Source: a virus
Lineage: Duplodnaviria > Caudoviricetes
IMG/VR virus record: IMGVR_UViG_3300049790_000014
Location: 1 to 48,130 of that record
Direction: 5' to 3' (one strand)
Length of the DNA stretch: 48,130 nt
Shown here in pieces: positions 44,607 through 48,130 of this stretch. The notes under the pieces are model-generated. The model was not told where the DNA came from. It did not search any database and saw only the letters and a list, made by a program, of their open reading frames with translations. How positions within the stretch are numbered: position 1 is the stretch's first letter; each line of letters starts with the position of its first letter. A program made the translations under genes and the position numbers.

Positions 44607-45579
44607 GGTAGCGCTCCGCATTGGATGCGAGGATGAATGCGAAGCCGGAGCTGGTCTTGTCATGCTCGGGCGTACCCTCCGGGATGCGGACCTTGAACCA
44701 GAGGAGTTTCTCGTTGGCAAGCTCATTGATGAGGTCCGTGCCTGCAACATAGAACCAGTCCTGGTCTACGACCTCATATCCTCCAGTCGTGGCCACAACG
44801 TTGTCGGCATAGAAAGAGGGCCACTCATGGAATTTGCCCAGCTTGGTCGGCCGGACATAGAGCTTTCCTGGAAGGGGCTTCGCTTCCTCTCCCATAGCCA
44901 TTGGACTGGGCTCTGGAGAGGTGGGCTCCTGTGGTCCCTCAAGAGGCTCTGGAACTTCTGGAGAGTCAGCACGTCCGAGGAGCCGGCCTCGGAACCAGCG
45001 GAGGGGGAACTGAGGGCCGACATCAACCTTGCGTCGAGGTGCGATGTCAGCGTGGCGAGCGACCTCTGTAATTCCGTAGGCGTCCTTGAGGGCCAGAGCG
45101 ATTTCCAGTCCAGCAGCAAGCTGGGCCTCCGTATAAGGCATCCAGAGACCTTTAGGATAGATCGCGCCCTCGGGATCATTGAGCGCAGGATGCTCTTCAA
45201 TGCGGTATTCTTTTCGGTCGAATACTGCTCCGAAATCGGCCTTAGCTCCAGACGCTCCTGAAGGACTGAGCAGCCCAGGATTAACGAACTCGATGCCGAC
45301 CGAGAAGTCGTTAACGTTACGAACGCCTCGGTAGGAGCTCGCTCCGGCATGCCACGCTTTAACGTTGCAGGAGACCAGCTGTGTGATTCTCCCATCACGT
45401 CCGACCACGAAGTGAGCGCTTGCTTTGGCAGCGGGATTGCAGAGCCAGGAGATAGAGCCGGCATCGTTGAGTGCTCCTGCGGTGTCGTGGACGATGAGGA
45501 GGCGGGGCTGGATCAGGCCGCCTTTGTTGGGGGAGGGGACGACGCGCACCCCCTCGAGCATTCCGTTGGCGAACTTCAC
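44593..45579 (-). CDS. Endolysin, N-acetylmuramoyl-L-alanine amidase (Amidase_2) with Pro-rich linker and C-terminal domain
   Basis: IVHDTAG, SAHFVV, AWHAG, SVGIE, RHADIAPRRKVDVG. Confidence 0.92.
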   Translation of the reverse strand: MKFANGMLEGVRVVPSPNKGGLIQPRLLIVHDTAGALNDAGSISWLCNPAAKASAHFVVGRDGRITQLVSCNVKAWHAGASSYRGVRNVNDFSVGIEFVNPGLLSPSGASGAKADFGAVFDRKEYRIEEHPALNDPEGAIYPKGLWMPYTEAQLAAGLEIALALKDAYGITEVARHADIAPRRKVDVGPQFPLRWFRGRLLGRADSPEVPEPLEGPQEPTSPEPSPMAMGEEAKPLPGKLYVRPTKLGKFHEWPSFYADNVVATTGGYEVVDQDWFYVAGTDLINELANEKLLWFKVRIPEGTPEHDKTSSGFAFILASNAERYREPE

Positions 45580-45770
45580 GCTGCGCCCTCCTCGATTGCT
45601 TCGCGGAGCTTGGGCTCTTCGCCGGCGAGGAACTCTGCGAGGGAGCCGGGCTGGAACGGCCTCAGGGCCTCGTCGAGGAGTGTGACGAGCTCGGTGTCTT
45701 CGAGGGCGTCGGCGATGATGCGCACCGCTCGAGCGGTTGTGAGGAGGAGGTCGAGATGTTTCTTTTCCAT
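45576..45770 (-). CDS. Hypothetical protein (64 aa)
   Basis: aaggag SD; GTGA coupling to the endolysin. Confidence 0.75.
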   Translation of the reverse strand: MEKKHLDLLLTTARAVRIIADALEDTELVTLLDEALRPFQPGSLAEFLAGEEPKLREAIEEGAA

Positions 45771-45789
45771 TGGGGCTCCTTGTTGGATT

Positions 45790-45878
45790 GGGGCTGGTGG
45801 CTTTCCACTCAGCGCTTTACTTCGCCTACGGCCTTAACGGAGGCCTTGCGGCCTCCTGGCCTACGGCTTCGTGCCAGG
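45790..45878 (-). promoter_or_regulatory. Structured intergenic element with a GNRA-capped hairpin
   Basis: Sense strand GGAGGCC-GCAA-GGCCTCC, flanked by two GCCGTAGGC, then GTGG-AAAG-CCAC. Confidence 0.5.
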
Positions 45879-45879
45879 G

Positions 45880-46212
45880 CTAACCCAGATTAGCGAGGGC
45901 ACTCATGAGCGGGTCTCCCCCGGCGATCTCATTGTAGGGGCCATGTGAGTTCACAAGTGGGGGCGCTGTGACTCCCGGAGTCGACACGAGCGGGGTACCC
46001 GGTCTCACCGGCATGGCTCCTGGCATGCTTAACCCCGCAGCGAGGAGCATGGGGATCATGGGATCGTCAGGGGAGAGAGGAACTCCCTGGGGAGTAATTC
46101 CTTGAGCCAGAAGCGCGGCCTCTTTCGAGAACTCCTGCTGGGGCGCTGGGCCTTTGAGCGTGGTCTGGCCTGTGACTGGGGCGGGACCTTGCGCGGGCGA
46201 ACGGTTATACAT
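45880..46212 (-). CDS. Pro-rich hypothetical protein (110 aa)
   Basis: ggagg SD. Confidence 0.7.
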   Translation of the reverse strand: MYNRSPAQGPAPVTGQTTLKGPAPQQEFSKEAALLAQGITPQGVPLSPDDPMIPMLLAAGLSMPGAMPVRPGTPLVSTPGVTAPPLVNSHGPYNEIAGGDPLMSALANLG

Positions 46213-46213
46213 C

Positions 46214-46588
46214 CTAGCGCCTCCACTGTTCCGGGCAGCGAAAGCCCTTGTTCTGGATTTCGGCCGTGAGACAGAGCTGGACCAGATCGCTCTTGCGCAC
46301 GAGATCCTCGGGCAAGGTTGCGCTCCGGAGGCTGTAGCCGATATCCTTTACGGCCTCCTGCAAGAGCCCGATGTCCTTCCTGATACTGTCCCGGAGCACT
46401 TCGAAGTCCTTCTTGAGGTTCATGAGGTCTTGATTGCTCGCGGTCTTGTCGCGCTGGAGCTCGCGGTATTCGCCGCCCATGGTGAACGCGAGGCCGATGA
46501 GAGCGATTATGGCCGCGACTGCTATGCCGATTGGAATTACGCCCTTGGATAGATCTGTCATGCGCTTGTTAACCTCATTGAGTGTCAT
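46214..46588 (-). CDS. Single-TM coiled-coil membrane protein (possible holin/antiholin)
   Basis: IPIGIAVAAIIALIGLAF TM segment; two C-terminal Cys. Confidence 0.7.
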   Translation of the reverse strand: MTLNEVNKRMTDLSKGVIPIGIAVAAIIALIGLAFTMGGEYRELQRDKTASNQDLMNLKKDFEVLRDSIRKDIGLLQEAVKDIGYSLRSATLPEDLVRKSDLVQLCLTAEIQNKGFRCPEQWRR

Positions 46589-46990
46589 CTAAAATCTCCC
46601 ACTCCAAGGCATGATTACGATCTCACCGGGCTGGAGCTGCGCCCAATTCTCCATGCGGTCAATGCGTACGCCGTAGGGTAAATGTCTTGGGGAGTATATG
46701 CGGCAGATGATTACGCGCGCCCAGGCCTCTCTGTTAGTGAGGGCGCTCCAGTAGCGGTCGATTTGTGTGAGGGCTTCGGGCTGGAATGTCGACTTGACCT
46801 CGACAACGGCAGGAGGTTCTCCGTAAACCACCGCATCAGCGAAGCCGCCTCCGAGGGGATACTGTCGCTCAAGTCGTCGGTCAGAAACACGCTGGAGCTG
46901 ATCGAGCGCTTTGTCCTCATATCTAAGACCGGCCTTCTGGGCCAGCGAGCGCCGGGAGGGGTTGGGCCTTAAGGTTGATCTCGTTGGCAT
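46589..46990 (-). CDS. PD-(D/E)XK endonuclease
   Basis: GLRYE..GFADAVV..VVEVKS..QIDRY. Confidence 0.75.
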   Translation of the reverse strand: MPTRSTLRPNPSRRSLAQKAGLRYEDKALDQLQRVSDRRLERQYPLGGGFADAVVYGEPPAVVEVKSTFQPEALTQIDRYWSALTNREAWARVIICRIYSPRHLPYGVRIDRMENWAQLQPGEIVIMPWSGRF

Positions 46991-47450
46991 GGCGGACCTG
47001 CAGGGCTTGGGCGCGCCGGACGTCGTCCTGGCTGATGTTGAATACGTTCACGCTCGCAGCGCCGGGCATGGCGGCGTCGGGCTTGTCCTGCTTGGGCGTG
47101 ATGTACTCCATGAGGAAGCGGCCGGCCTCGACGAGGTGGGGCAGGGGGATTTCTTTCTCCGGGTTCGCGACGCGCTCTTGGATTGCGTTGAGGATCGCGT
47201 CGGCGGTGTCGAGGACCCGGCTGCGGACGTTTTTGATCTTGTCGCCGTGGCGCTCGAGGATGCCCTTGGCGCGCAGGTCGAGGAAGGCGTCGCTGCGCAT
47301 GATTGTGAGGACAACTTGGAGGTTGCGGCCGAGGAGGGAGGCCACCTCCTGCGGCGTCAGCATGGGGTGCTCGACCGTGAGCTCCAGGATGGCCTCGTAG
47401 GTCCGGGAGCGGACCTTGATCTTTTGCGCGGCTGGGGCTGTAATGGTCAT
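46923..47450 (-). CDS. Probable terminase small subunit (HTH)
   Basis: HPMLTPQEVASLLGRN HTH; first gene of the late arm; ggag SD. Confidence 0.65.
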   Translation of the reverse strand: MTITAPAAQKIKVRSRTYEAILELTVEHPMLTPQEVASLLGRNLQVVLTIMRSDAFLDLRAKGILERHGDKIKNVRSRVLDTADAILNAIQERVANPEKEIPLPHLVEAGRFLMEYITPKQDKPDAAMPGAASVNVFNISQDDVRRAQALQVRHANEINLKAQPLPALAGPEGRS

Positions 47451-47536
47451 GGGCTCTCCGCGGTAAGGGGCAGCGGGGAGGGCTCTGAAGAGCCGGCCCT
47501 GAAGGCTCGAGCACACACGCGCCCGCTGCGGCCGGG

Positions 47537-47565
47537 ATAGTAGTGGGGGCAGGGGCGCGGGTCAA
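47537..47565 (-). promoter_or_regulatory. Sigma70-type promoter for the late arm
   Basis: TTGACC-N17-TACTAT on the - strand, about 87 bp upstream of terS. Confidence 0.7.
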
Positions 47566-47598
47566 GGCCTCGCAGTGGAGCGGGGCGCGAGGCCGCGG

Positions 47599-47630
47599 GT
47601 GGTACCACGTGTCGGGGCACATAGTACTAC
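47599..47630. repeat. 32-bp imperfect palindrome, copy 3, just upstream of the late promoter
   Basis: GTGGTACCACGTGTCGGGGCACATAGTACTAC. Confidence 0.9.
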
Positions 47631-47922
47631 TCTGTGAGGGCGTGGTGGTGTGCGCAGCACGCTCGTGAGTGGTACTGTACCCCTGGAGTGGTCGCGCGGC
47701 GGGGAGGGGCCTGAGAAAGGGAGGACCCCGGCTGGCGAGGGGGGCAGGCCGCCGGGAGTACACGGCCTGCGTGCGTTAGCCCTCGAGCACACGCAACTCA
47801 AGCACGGTCATCACGAAAACGTGATCGAGACCGGGGGCCGGGATAGTGCTGGACGACCTTGGCAAGCGGGGCGACTCATGATTTCTGGTCTCCAGGCAAT
47901 CACGCCACACGGAGCGACTCAG

Positions 47923-48126
47923 ATGACCATGGCCCTGACCCCAACGACCGCAATTGGATACACCCTGCACACGCTGACCGAGGCTGGATATGTCGGCCTC
48001 ACGATTAAGGGGTATCAGCATGACGGTGAATGTATCATCGTGGAGTTCCATATCGCAGACTGGGACAGCAACATGACCATGCATTGCTGGATTGACCACA
48101 CTGGCCGCATCTATGGCGAATGGTAG
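47923..48126 (+). CDS. First early gene, hypothetical (67 aa); its 3' part is repeated at 1-123
   Basis: ggag SD; MTMALTPTT...IYGEW. Confidence 0.7.
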   Translation: MTMALTPTTAIGYTLHTLTEAGYVGLTIKGYQHDGECIIVEFHIADWDSNMTMHCWIDHTGRIYGEW

Positions 48127-48130
48127 AGCT
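48004..48130. repeat. Terminal direct repeat, copy 2
   Basis: Identical to 1-127. Confidence 0.95.

Noticed and set aside
3550-47630. CRISPR repeats or integron attC sites (32-bp palindromes)
   Set aside because: Copies are kilobases apart with no spacers. There is no RYYYAAC/GTTRRRY core and no integrase or cas operon.
1-48130. High frequency of CTCGAG/GAGCTC
   Set aside because: Explained by Leu-Glu and Glu-Leu codon pairs under the CTC/GAG codon bias.
1-48130. tRNA, integrase, repressor, RNA polymerase, reverse transcriptase/DGR
   Set aside because: None recognised by eye. Absence should be confirmed with tRNAscan-SE and HMM searches.

Overview
This window is an apparently complete, circularly assembled genome (48,003 bp unique plus a 127-bp end overlap) of a GC-rich, podovirus-like tailed phage. 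Spanins imply a Gram-negative host. The + arm (about 47.9 kb wrapping to 18.8 kb) carries about 35 small early genes, then a replication block: Cas4/AddB-like exonuclease, Sak4-like ATPase, probable SSB, ParB-DNA methyltransferase fusion, a family-A DNA polymerase split into two genes (UDG+exo+thumb and palm/fingers) around an HD phosphohydrolase gene, and a DUF3987/MCM-like ATPase. The - arm (47.45 kb down to 18.8 kb) carries terS, a lysis cassette, terL, portal, scaffold, capsid, adaptor, fibres, nozzle and ejection proteins, ending in a 2278-aa PLxRFG-type polyvalent protein with an embedded GNAT domain. I recognise no integrase, repressor, RNA polymerase, primase, tRNA or CRISPR array. The most striking unexplained feature is a 32-bp imperfect palindrome present three times (3550, 18767, 47599), two copies sitting at the boundaries between the arms. 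All functional calls come from motif reading by eye; no database search was run.
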